A program made the translations under genes and the position numbers. Shown here one piece after another: positions 1 to 11,335 of a stretch of 40,080 bases of DNA (the first letter of the stretch is position 1; the number at the start of each line of letters is the position of its first letter). The notes below the pieces were generated by a model that was not told where the DNA came from, made no database searches, and saw only the letters and a program-made list of their open reading frames with translations. Where the stretch lies: positions 26,677,718 to 26,717,797 of the forward strand of contig NC_068997.1 of assembly GCF_001194135.2 (NCBI RefSeq). Reading direction: 5' to 3'. This stretch comes from Octopus bimaculoides (lineage: Eukaryota).

Positions 1-326
1 TTGAGCGTGGCCGTTGCCAGTACCGCCTGACTGGCTCCTGTAGGATTTTCGAGCGAGATCGTTGCCAGTGCCCCTGGACTGGCTTGTGCGGGTGGCACAT
101 AAAAGACACCATTTCGAGCGTGGCCGTTTTCGTGCGGGTGACACGTAAAAGCACCCACTACACTCTCTGAGTGGTTGGCGTTAGGAAGGGCATCCAGCTG
201 TAGAAACTCTGCCAAATCAGACTGGAGCCTGGTGTTGCCATCCGGTTTCACCAGTCCTCAGTCAAATCGTCCAACCCATGCTAGCATGGAAAGCGGACGT
301 TAAACGATGATGATGATGATGATGAT
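1..326 (+). mobile_element. RTE-clade LINE 3' UTR and (GAT)n tail, running off the left edge of the window
   Basis: Near-identical to 36636-36955, which follows an RTE RT C-terminal ORF, and shares modules with 18517-18596. Ends ...gcatggaaagcggacgttaaac(gat)n. Confidence 0.85.
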
Positions 327-760
327 ATATATATACTTGTGTATATAAAAGAGGCCTCTAAAGTGGACAGTTAGTGTCTATATATAGACACTGAGGTGTG
401 ATTTCAGAAGAATTTAACTGCTATTTCCCTTGAATCAGATAAATGGCATATATACAGAGACTCCTTCTTCAAGTACTTCAAGACAATAAAACTTCATAGA
501 AATTATAAGATACATAAATAAAAGGTTAGTTTTTTCTTTCACATCTGTTGCCATTATGTTTTATGAGTATATAATAACTTCCTATTTATGTACAAGGCCA
601 CAGATTTGAGAGGGAGAAAGATGGAGGGATTGAGAAGAGTATGTGTAAATATATTGTGCGTGTGTGTGTGTATGTATACATATAAGTATATTTGTACAAT
701 ATACACATATATGGAGGGAGTGGGATAAGTATAGACATACAGATAGATTATAAATACATA

Positions 761-909
761 TCCGTGTGGCAAGTAGCTTGCTTACCGACCACATGGTTCC
801 GGGTTCAGTCCCACTACGTGGTACTTTGGGCAAGTGTGTTCTACTATAGCCGGAGGCCAACCAAAGCTTTGTGAGTGGATTTGGTAGACGGAAACTGAAA
901 GAAACCCGT

Positions 910-1000
<91 letters not shown>

Positions 1001-1175
1001 TTATGTGTGTGTGTGTGTATGTTTGTGTGTCTGTGTTTGTCCCCCCACCATCGCTTGACAACTGATGCTGGTGTGTTTACGTCCCCGTAACTTCGCGGTT
1101 CGGCAAAAAGAGACCGATACAATAAGTACTAGGCTTACAAAGAATAAGTCCTGGGGTCGATTTGCTCGACTAAAG
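761..1175 (+). mobile_element. tRNA-derived SINE (family A) with internal (TA)n/(TG)n microsatellite
   Basis: Head with gtagcttgcttacc...ggttcagtcccact...gggcaagtg, core gtgagtggatttggtagacggaaactgaaag, and tail aataagtactaggcttacaaagaataagtc. The same modules recur at 12479-12985, 29463-29882, 34744-35105 and 39783-39960. Confidence 0.8.
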
Positions 1176-2693
1176 ACGACTCTTTGACAGGGTTCATTTT
1201 ATTTCTTTTGTCCTACAAGATGTCCAATGTAAACCACCCTTCTTACCAAGCAAACTTAGTAGAGTTGCTAGTTTAGTCACCAATGGCCTGACCATGTGAC
1301 GGGTTGTACAGGGTCACTTGTCACCAGCAGTACTAAGAGTGATAAGAGCAACCGGATACATATACAACCATTGTTCTTAAATACATATATATGGAGAGAG
1401 AGAGAGAGAGAGTGAGAATACGTGTGTCTGTATGAATGTGTGCATGTGTGTGTGTGTGTGTGTATGTACATCATATGTATGTGTATAAAAAGACAGGTAG
1501 GATATATGGAGAGAAAGAGAGAGAATGTAAAGTCATTGTGATGAGAGACAACCAGCTGAGTTATCAGGTGCTCTGTCATTTTTATCACCTGTACTGTAAT
1601 GTCAATGACACAGTGGGATTGAACCTGAATCCATGTGGCCAGGAAGCAAACTTCTCAACCACACACCCATGCCTACATTGACAACATTGTTCTATTACAC
1701 TATAATAATAATATAATATAGCATGGCTCATACAGCTAACATGATACTATATTGAAGTTAGTATAGTGTTAATAGTGTTAACATAATGTTGGCAGGATTG
1801 TTATAAAATAAAATACAACACTATAGCATGTAGCATGGTTTCCTTTCCTAACATAAAGCATATAAAGGATGGGATAATTTCCTTTCATCTCATAACTTGA
1901 CACTATTCTGCATTCTCAAGGTATGACGTAAAAGAAAAGTCACATGACTATTTTAATAGATGACATCATTTTAGAGGTGACAAAGAGGAACAGAGAAACT
2001 AATATATGTAAGCACATAGGTGCAAAACAAAGCAGTAAAAAAAATAGTACCTGAATACCAAAGGTAAAATAAAATACTATTTTACTTAAACCAAAAAAAT
2101 CTTCACAAGTTGTTATTCAGTGTGACTGTTCATCAGACAGCTGTATTTATATACGACACATATCTTAGATGTTGTTCACACCTGAGGTGGAAGGCCTTAT
2201 TCAGAAGTGGAAAACAGCTTTATCTACTCTTCATGACAACAGAACTACTCTTACTAAACAAACTCCCTTGAATTTATTATTAACACATGCAGAGCCCACC
2301 TCTACATCCCTCATTAGTTTCCTCAGATTTGAGGGATTTAAATATTGTCAGCAGAACAACAATAATTGATCACAGTTTCTATACTGACTGACACCAGCAA
2401 TGTGTTGTGTCTATGGAGGTCAATGAACTCAACTTGAGCCAGTTTAGTCTACATAGCTATTATAAATCATGTTGCTTACTTTTGCTGATGACAGCCTATC
2501 AAAGGTTATTACAGTGTTAATCCAAGACATTCATCCTCTTCCATTTCCAGCACATTGTTTCTCATGGAAGCAGACATGGTTGACAAGACTGATACAAGAT
2601 AGACAGATCTTGTGGCACTGACAGCACTGATAGTGACCTCAAACAACAGCCACATGGTGTTGATGACAATGTCTCTTCTCTTCAGGTAGTTTC

Positions 2694-2897
2694 CTGTGTT
2701 TGGTTTCAGAGCACTCCACTCCAACATCACACACGGACCTCCATATCTTCTGATTAACAGTCAGGGGCTCCAACTAATCGGGAGTCTTTCATTTCATGCA
2801 GTGCCCCTCCCGATTAGTTGGAGCCCCTGACTGTTAATCAGAAGATATGGAGGTCCATGTGTGATGTTGGAGGGGAGTGCTCTGAAACCTAACACAG
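2694..2897. repeat. Long near-perfect inverted repeat: 91-bp arms, 22-nt loop
   Basis: Arm 2694-2784 is the reverse complement of 2807-2897 with 3 mismatches by manual alignment. Confidence 0.95.
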
Positions 2898-2960
2898 TCA
2901 CTGGACAATACCCATGCTGGGGCACCACCTTGAAAGGTTTAATCAAGCAAATCATCCCAT

Positions 2961-3155
2961 GCAAGCTTCAAGGCCAGCAATTTTGAAGGGAGGAGGCAAG
3001 CTGATTACACTGACTCCAGTACTTCACTGGTACGCTATTTTAACAAGCTCAAAGGAATGAAAAGCAAAGTTGACCTAGGTAAGATCTGAACTCAGAATAT
3101 AAAGAGCCAGAAAAACTGCTGGTAAGCATTTTGTTTGATGTGCTAATGATTTGGC
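2961..3155 (-). mobile_element. tRNA-derived SINE (family B)
   Basis: Reverse complement carries ttctgagttcag/aaat...ggtcaactttgcttttcat...gtaccagtgaagtactggagtc. Related copies lie at 8705-8905(-), 25720-25870(+), 26735-26830(+), 27014-27238(+), 37330-37545(+) and 38098-38290(+). Confidence 0.7.
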
Positions 3156-3393
3156 CAAAGTTATAAATGTTGCTGTTACAGTATTCTGGGGTTATATCTT
3201 CATTCATTTATAGGACAGCAGGTTGGCAGAGGAGATGAGTAACAGACCATTTTGTCTCTTTACATTTCCAAGTTCAAATACCATCCTAATTAACTTTATT
3301 TTATCATTACAGGATTGACAAAATGAGAACCTGTTATATCCTTGGGTTGGTCCAATTTAGTGCATGCCTTTCCAAATTTGTGTGCTTTCAAAA

Positions 3394-3455
3394 AGAATCA
3401 ACATAACTTATTTCTGTACTCAGATCAAATCTGTGTTTTAGGGTTGAGTGAGTTT
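3394..3455 (+). repeat. Dispersed direct repeat, copy 1 (46-bp exact core 3394-3439)
   Basis: agaatcaacataacttatttctgtactcagatcaaatctgtgtttt is identical at 6267-6312, followed in both by similar gggttgagt.agttt. Confidence 0.9.
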
Positions 3456-3797
3456 CTATCAGCTGATTATATACCAGTCATACAGTAGGGCTGAATCAGT
3501 AATCTACTGAAATAACTCTCCTCTCCACCAACCAAAATTTGGCTTACATGTCATTACAGCTTAGTAAAACATCGTTAAATTTATGTTTTCATTTATAATT
3601 GATGAGACACTTATAAGAACTGGATGAAATATAGTAGGAGAGAGAGAGAAAAAAATGTTCGTAAAACAAAAAAACAATGGTGTTTGCTTTTGTTTTTTTT
3701 TTCTTCTTCTGTTTGTGTGAGTGTGACATATAAACACAATAATAGGCAGGCCGTCATGTAAACAAAGTCCAGACACAAGGATAGTAAATACCAGTTC

Positions 3798-4183
3798 TCA
3801 GTTAAAGTACCCAGTAGATTGAAAGTCTGTATATAAGAGGTTGAGGCGTGGCGGCAGGGCTAAGTCACATGTTGTGAAGTTGAGGCTTCTATGCCAAGCC
3901 GGGTATTGATACAGGAGTTCTCGCAGGTTGTATTCGCTGTTAACCATGGTGAAATAATTCACAAACAGTGTTGAGATAGAACCTGTGCGAGTGCTGTTGG
4001 TTGCTGTGTACGTAGCAAGAAATTGGTGTTGACCCTAAGAAGCTGGAGGCGATGAAGATGGAGGTCCGTAAGCTGCTGAACGAAGTGTTGGGTCTCCATG
4101 AGGCTATTGTCGTGTCGTCGCTGGAACTGGCTGTGTGCTCTATGGTCAGCGGCTAGACCTCAGAAGGTCTTGCTTTGTACTGT
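3798..4183 (-). other. Candidate exon-like CpG/GC-rich block of an unidentified transcript
   Basis: Minus-strand acceptor ttttttctacag (AG at + 4184-4185). The block is richer in GC and CpG than its flanks, is non-repetitive, and has several short open frames. No recognisable homology. Confidence 0.35.
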
Positions 4184-4994
4184 CTGTAGAAAAAAATATT
4201 GTTGACCAACCTTACGTCGTTGCTGCAAGGAAAAACAATACAGGCAAAAAATTTTATGTATGTGCATGTGTGTAGTATTTTTTTTCTTTGTGTGTTGTCC
4301 TGTAAGACAATAGATGGAAGCAACGTTGTTTGTTTTTTGTTTTTTATCTGTTTTTCAAGCCATGTAGAGTCAGGCGAAAAGAGAAATCACTGTTCACTCG
4401 TTTGTTCTTTTCTCAGCCTCAATTGGTGTTGAAAAAAAAAAAACACGTGGGTGAGAGAAATAAGGTCGTGTCAAGTAGTTGATGGTTCAGTTTCCAGGCT
4501 GTATGGTATTTTCTCCGGAGTAAGAAAACTGTTGCAGTCGGTTGGATTGTTCAATTCCCTCGTCTCTTGTGTTGTTTTTTTTTCCGTCGTCTCTTCATTT
4601 TTTTTTTTTTTTTTTTACGAGTTGTTTGAGAGATAATTCCGTTATCACGTCGGGGGTCACCAGTTATAATAATTGGATGAGATATGAGTTCTTATATTAA
4701 TCATTAAATCCAGAAATACAACAACACGAGGGCTAACAGTAACAACAGATCAATAGTTTATTCTAGGTTGGTGTAGAGCCGTTTCGTTCCTGGGTGAATA
4801 GGCATGAGGCTAGAATACCAAAGAAGCTTCGACCACATGTCGGGGTCGAGTTGGGACAGCTTGGAAGAACGTCCTGTCACGACGGCTGCTGGATGGATAA
4901 GAGATACGTGTTGTCCCCATCGCTGCTAGAGAGAAAAAGAGATCGGACGCTATAGCTTTCTCTCTACCTGCTGAATTGCACATGCTAGCTCGGG

Positions 4995-5054
4995 TACTTC
5001 CGCTGACGGCAAGTCCCTTGCACATGCGCAATGGCACTTCCCAAGATGGCGGCC
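4995..5054. promoter_or_regulatory. Promoter-like motif cluster: ETS-like, NRF1-like and YY1
   Basis: tacttccg (reverse complement CGGAAGTA, 4995-5002), tgcacatgcgca (5019-5030) and CAAGATGGCGGC (5042-5053) fall within 60 bp at the edge of a CpG-rich block. Confidence 0.5.
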
Positions 5055-6266
5055 ACACGCGCCACTACACACTGATCATGCCGTTGTTTAGTCAGGGGTC
5101 AGTGCTAATTTAGCAAACCTATATTCTTACTGGAATCATGTTTTTTTGTTGTTGCTTTTTTTTTGTCGTTTTAAAATGTAATAATATATTGGGGACATTC
5201 CTTCCACGATCAACTTTGCCTTCCACCCCTTTAAAGTTGATAAAATAAAGTACTGCTCAGGTATTGGAACACCAGAATATTTTGTGTAACACCATCATTG
5301 GTATAACTCTAAAAAACACAAGTACCAGAATATTCTATCTAACCACACAAGTTTGCTTTATATTGGCATATTAAATGTAACAACGCCTAAATATTGCGTG
5401 AAACACAACAAAATACTGTAAAAACCAAATTAAGTGTAACGCGAAAAATATTGTTACATGTCTATATGTTCTGGAAACTAGTTATAAAATGTCTGATTCG
5501 GAATTTATAACACAGAGAGGGGAAATGTGAAGCTTATTTGCCCAAATACGTCCAGAAATATTCATCCCTTGGTCAAACTTGCTGCGTAACCTAGCAAAAA
5601 TGCTGTCTAGAAGTAGGGCGGAAATCTCACAGCCTAAATTGCTTCCGTTTCGGCATTTTCCTGTTTTAAACCAAATCCAAGGAAACAAGGTTTATAGAAT
5701 TAATTCTAGAATTCCGACAATGACAGTTTTTGTGACGGTCTTGACTAAGAATTAAGTCAAAAACTATAAAGGAAAATGTATTTAACTTATATATACACAT
5801 AAATGGCACGTACTCTTATCAAACACGCACACACACGCACGTGTGTGAGTGCGCATGTAGGTTTCTGTGTGTGTATCATGTATGTACATGAACTAATGTT
5901 ACACAAACGCTACATACGTACATACATGTCTACGAATGTATTATGTGTGTAAATACATATACGTAATGATACAACAATGTTACATACACATGAACGTGTT
6001 TGTGTAGACTTAGCTAATACACACACAAAATCGCAGTAGTGCGTGCGTATGTGTGTTTTAGAGATAGAGTGCAGCAAAATATCTGTCATAAATAATTCTC
6101 TATACTTAACCTCAATATTATTACAAGCGATTCATGAACCATCGAAGAAGCCTCAATCGGTTAGAAATAACAGTGATATTCCCTTTACATATCACACTCA
6201 CATCGTCTTAAAATAAAACAAGAGGGAAAATGGAAAATAAACATAGTAAATAATATTGGCCAAAAT

Positions 6267-6329
6267 AGAATCAACATAACTTATTTCTGTACTCAGATCA
6301 AATCTGTGTTTTTGGGGTTGAGTAAGTTT
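6267..6329 (+). repeat. Dispersed direct repeat, copy 2 (46-bp exact core 6267-6312)
   Basis: Identical to 3394-3439. Confidence 0.9.
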
Positions 6330-7412
6330 GAGCCCCAAGATATAGTGTATCTGAGAATAAAAAAAGGACTGGAAGTTCGCGGTTGAAGCATCTTTTGTCA
6401 CAGGTGTATGAGGGTTGACATAGGTTTAAAAAAAAAACAAAGAAACGTATCATTTACTACTATATATTCACTGAAGGTTAACCCCAATAATGCAGTAAAG
6501 GATGCGTATTATTTTTTAAGCTTATGTCAACCCTCATAGATTTGTGATCAAAGAATGTTCCACCGTAACCTTCCAGTCTTATATCAATGTTTGTTTTAAT
6601 ATAAAGTTATATATAATTTTTTTAAAAATTCAACATTAAATTCCATACATTTTAGTAGAAAACATGTTTATTAAACTTTTACAAGAAAAGGGGAGACAGT
6701 AATTTCGAAGTTTCGCGGCCTGCTTGCCGTCGTGTGTCTGTGTGTGAGTGAGTGAGTGAGATACAGCCTAATACACACGTCTGATGGGGGTGGATAATTT
6801 TAACAAGTTGCAATTTTAGAAAAGAGTATTCACTAATGTATTTCCGTGTTACCAAATACTACTAGACGATCCGTATATGTGGTCGCTTGATTTGCCAGAA
6901 ATAGCAGCCAGATTTCCCTTTAAACTCATAATCCTAATGTCTTAAGAAACTATGACTAGATGGCTACGATCTGTGCTTACACTGGATAATGTTGAATTAT
7001 ATTCATCGTACCTGAAATACGAGGAAAGACAGAATCGTCATGTAATATTATCGAGCAGGAAGAGGCGCCGGGCTAGCACAATTGTTGGCACGCCGGACAA
7101 AATGCGGGGTCGCTAGAATAAGTACTAGTTGAGCAGTGACATTGATATAATCAAATTACCTCTAGCCCAAAATTGCTGGTCTTGTGCCAGAATTTGAAAT
7201 CGATATTAACAGAGCCTAATATGTGTGTATGTATCCTTCCCAAACTGATAAATTACCACTGTATTCCTGGTTGATTTCTTAAAGCTTCCAGACACAAAAC
7301 GAAGTACTCGAATCTTCGGGAAGTAAAATCTTGTTATATATTACTTGACTCGAAACGACTGTGTAGAACTCATCTCTCTGTCTGTCTCTCTATCTATCTA
7401 TCTATCTATCTA

Positions 7413-7447
<35 letters not shown>

Positions 7448-8170
7448 NNNNNNNNNNNNNNNNNNNNNNNNNNNNNNNNNNNNNNNNNNNNNNNNNNNNN
7501 NNNNNNNNNNNNNNNNNNNNNNNNNNNNNNNNNNNNNNNNNNNNNNNNNNNNNNNNNNNNNNNNNNNNNNNNNNNNNNNNNNNNNNNNNNNNNNNNNNNN
7601 NNNNNNNNNNNNNNNNNNNNNNNNNNNNNNNNNNNNNNNNNNNNNNNNNNNNNNNNNNNNNNNNNNNNNNNNNNNNNNNNNNNNNNNNNNNNNNNNNNNN
7701 NNNNNNNNNNNNNNNNNNNNNNNNNNNNNNNNNNNNNNNNNNNNNNNNNNNNNNNNNNNNNNNNNNNNNNNNNNNNNNNNNNNNNNNNNNNNNNNNNNNN
7801 NNNNNNNNNNNNNNNNNNNNNNNNNNNNNNNNNNNNNNNNNNNNNNNNNNNNNNNNNNNNNNNNNNNNNNNNNNNNNNNNNNNNNNNNNNNNNNNNNNNN
7901 NNNNNNNNNNNNNNNNNNNNNNNNNNNNNNNNNNNNNNNNNNNNNNNNNNNNNNNNNNNNNNNNNNNNNNNNNNNNNNNNNNNNNNNNNNNNNNNNNNNN
8001 NNNNNNNNNNNNNNNNNNNNNNNNNNNNNNNNNNNNNNNNNNNNNNNNNNNNNNNNNNNNNNNNNNNNNNNNNNNNNNNNNNNNNNNNNNNNNNNNNNNN
8101 NNNNNNNNNNNNNNNNNNNNNNNNNNNNNNNNNNNNNNNNNNNNNNNNNNNNNNNNNNNNNNNNNNNNNN
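7448..8170. other. Assembly gap flanked by (TA)n
   Basis: Run of N. Confidence 1.
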
Positions 8171-10414
8171 ATATATATATATATATAATGGGGGATAGAT
8201 AGATAGATAGACACGCGCTCTTGGTTATATGCAGGAGAAAATTACTATACGCATTTAATAAAGTTTATTCATTCCAAGTTGATTTATTGTTACTCCGAGT
8301 TTCATTATCAAGTGTTTGTGTGTAAGTTGCTTAACCCCAGATCAGTCGTAACAGAACAGACTTACAACAAAAGACGTCTCAACAGTGACAATACTGCCTT
8401 CTTTTAAAACAGTGTTTCTAAGACGATAGTGTCATAGCTTGAGGAAATTTGGCAGTTGCTATTTCTAAGAGAGTGGACGACCACATACAAAAACAGAGTT
8501 AAGCTCAGAACTTTTTGAAGTTATAGTAAAATGAAAAGAAGATGAGTTATTTATAATACAAAATGTAGTAAGGGCGGTGGTGAGTTGGCAGAAATTGTTA
8601 GAAAACCACACCACAGCCAACGAGGAAACCTGTATAGGTGGCCGCCCAAAATAGCAACCAAATACTTCTCAAATTAAACCTTATCATATTAAATGAAATG
8701 GTTTCAAACTTTGACACAAGGCCAGCAATTTTAAGAAAGATGATAAGTCGATTATATTGACCCCAGTACTCAACTGGGACTTATTTTATAGACCCCCAAA
8801 AGATGAAAGGTAAAGTCAACTTCGGCGGAGTTTGAACCTAAAACTTAAAGTCAGATGAAATAAATGCCGCTAAACATTTTTGTCCGACTCGCTAACGATT
8901 CTTCCGAGACAGAGGGTTACGTTGGGCTATATAGTCTTTGAAATATATAAGACGAAATGGTCACGGCTGGAACCACCTTTGATCAGGGTTCTACTTGCTC
9001 AGAGCTGATTTGAGGTTAAACAACACTACAATTAAAGAGTGAGTAACGTTTATGTCAAGTGTTCGAACCTCACCAAGGTTAATTGTCTTCCACGACGATA
9101 GTAAAGGAATGCAGAAAAACAGGTAGTTATCATATATTATGTCAGAATTGCGTCTGATGAAGCGTAAATCATTTTAAATGAATTACAAAAGAAAATCAGG
9201 GTTAGATGCTATAATAATATGATTTTTTTTTTTTATGTTCCTAATAATCAAAGTTTACTCCCACGGTTTTCAATTTCACTTGGGTTATTATGTTGGCTGG
9301 ACAAAGCAATCAATAATGTCAATTTCTTTTTTTTAATTGAAGGCTACAAGATGTGGTAAAGTTGACTGAATCAATAAACCACATAATTTTCGCTCGGATT
9401 TTAGTTTTTTTTTCAGTAACGAAAAAACGACAGCAAAAAAATCAGTCCGGACGTAAATTGAATTAGAAAAAAATCCTAAGTGGTACTTAACTAAATAAAT
9501 ACAGTAAGTATACAAATTCCAGGAGGTTGTGACATGTCCAAAGAATCTATATGTCCGGCCACTTAGAAAAAAAGATAAGTCTGAAAGTGAATAAACATTT
9601 AATCCATAACAACCCAACAAAAATATATTGTCGGGCTTACGATTATGGATTAGATATGTGTGTGTATATATATATGTGTGTCAATGAATAGAGAGAGAGA
9701 GATGACAATCAACCCCGGTGCGCTTATTCTATATGATGTGACAGATAGTCGGCACAATGTATGTAATCTATGTAAATAAACAGGGTGGGGCGCATTTTTT
9801 TACTAAACTGGTCCTTATATATATGTGTTTGTGTGTGTGAGTTATGTATAAATGAATATACTATAGGATGTGTGATCTTTGAGGGGCGAAAAGTCAACAC
9901 AGATGAGATCGGCATTTAGACTTTAGTATCGCTCTATGTGTATAGTATACATAGGGCGATACTAAGATACAGGGAAAATATTTAGGGCTTTTCGCATCGT
10001 TTTGCCAACTCACCATTTCCAACTGTCGTGGTTAATTTCATTATTATTTTTCACAATGTGCGTGTGTGTGTGTGAGAGAGAGAGACAGACAGACAGACAG
10101 AGAATGTCGTAATTTTATCCCACCTTGTACTGTAAGTACAAGAAGTACAAGGCAGGGTAAAAACATATATTCCTACACATACATATACACAAATGTGTGT
10201 ATACGAATATACGGTTAATGTTTAATTCTATTATATACACGTGTGTGTGTGTGTGTGTGTGAAAGCCGTGACACGTATGATGAAATAACTCTGAGTAACA
10301 ACACAAACATTTGGATAATACCGCCGAGAATATATAAAAGCATTTATAAAACTCACAACTTCGTTCACAGGGTCAGACATACCCACACACCTATATATAT
10401 ATATATATATATAT

Positions 10415-10493
10415 NNNNNNNNNNNNNNNNNNNNNNNNNNNNNNNNNNNNNNNNNNNNNNNNNNNNNNNNNNNNNNNNNNNNNNNNNNNNNNN
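10415..10493. other. Assembly gap
   Basis: Run of N. Confidence 1.
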
Positions 10494-10674
10494 GAAAAAA
10501 AAAAAAGAATCGGAGCTTATCAGTGTTCTCTCCACTAACGAGGGTCAGGGTTAATGTAACGAAGGGGAAGATGAGTAATTCCCGATTTGAACATCAAAAT
10601 AGTTGTTGAAAATCAAACAATAATACTATTAATAATAATGAAATTAATATATTAAATAAACTTAAGATTCGTAC

Positions 10675-10723
10675 CTGATCGGAGGTTCATTATCGAAAAT
10701 GATTGACGAATCGATCATTACTC
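10675..10723 (-). CDS. Candidate 49-nt exon of an unidentified minus-strand gene; from ATG 10718 it reads MIDSSIIFDNEPPI with a phase-2 end
   Basis: Acceptor ttactgttttggcag| and donor CAG|gtacga. Only one frame is open through the exon. An upstream donor TTG|gtatga at 10848/10847 would give a 124-nt intron after a GA-rich UTR-like stretch. Product not recognised. Confidence 0.4.
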
Positions 10724-11129
10724 CTGCCAAAACAGTAATTAATATATAGTTTTTAATATATATTAAAGAACGAGAGAAGAGACTAGGAAGACGGCAAGTA
10801 TGTACGTCTCCATCTAACAATAACTTCGCTCTCACTCACACTCATACCAACACTCTCTTGCTCTATCTATCTATCTATCTTTATCTCCCTTCGTCTTTCG
10901 ATATATTTATCTCTCTCTCTCTCTCTCTTCCTCTCTCTCTCTGTTTTTCCTTTATTCTCTCGCTTTCAACTTAAACCAAGTGCTTTGGAGTTCCGGAAGA
11001 GTTACTTCCCCGTAATGTAGAAAACAGTCACTAGGACAAAATCTTTAATTAAGCTTCAGTTCTCAGGTGGAAATTAGAAAGACAGCGAAATAATATATTA
11101 AGTACCCTAGGTTTGTTATTGCGACTGAT

Positions 11130-11335
11130 GGTGTTATTGTTTAACCCTAGGTCAAATCTGACCCAACGGACATATAATCTAAAGCCATTCCAGCCGTGAC
11201 ATTCCGTATTTTGCCTGATGCAGTTTATCTAGGATCACCCCATTAAATGGGTAACCTTTTTGTTAAGATCTAAGTGAGATAAGAAGGAAATATAACCCAT
11301 ATTTCTAGAAGGTCAAGCGACCATGTAGAGGCCCC
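11130..11335 (+). mobile_element. SINE-like dispersed repeat (family D)
   Basis: ttgtttaaccc.aggtca...cattccagccgtgac...ttctagaaggtcaagcgaccatgtagag. Related copies lie at 8325-8490(+), 29140-29312(+), 24740-24830(+), 6340-6430(-), 6520-6580(+) and 39080-39220(-). Confidence 0.6.

Noticed and set aside
554-1681. ORFs rich in YI/IY/CV/HT repeats (also near 10243, 12633, 20119, 28319 and 29496)
   Set aside because: They are translations of (TA)n, (TG)n and (TCTA)n microsatellites and SINE bodies.
4195-4235. Apparent micro-exon ttgcag|CAACGAC|gtaagg on the minus strand; also a 42-nt GT-AG interval at 4926-4967
   Set aside because: The implied introns (~32 and 42 nt) are too short for typical metazoan splicing.
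7345-8214. Long ORFs containing X runs (also at 13651-14904, 18482-19324, 32923-33756 and 35667-36888)
   Set aside because: Their length comes from N gaps; the only real coding parts are the LINE fragments annotated separately.
9139-9165. ctgatgaagcg as a hammerhead core
   Set aside because: No stem II partner and no downstream GAAA.
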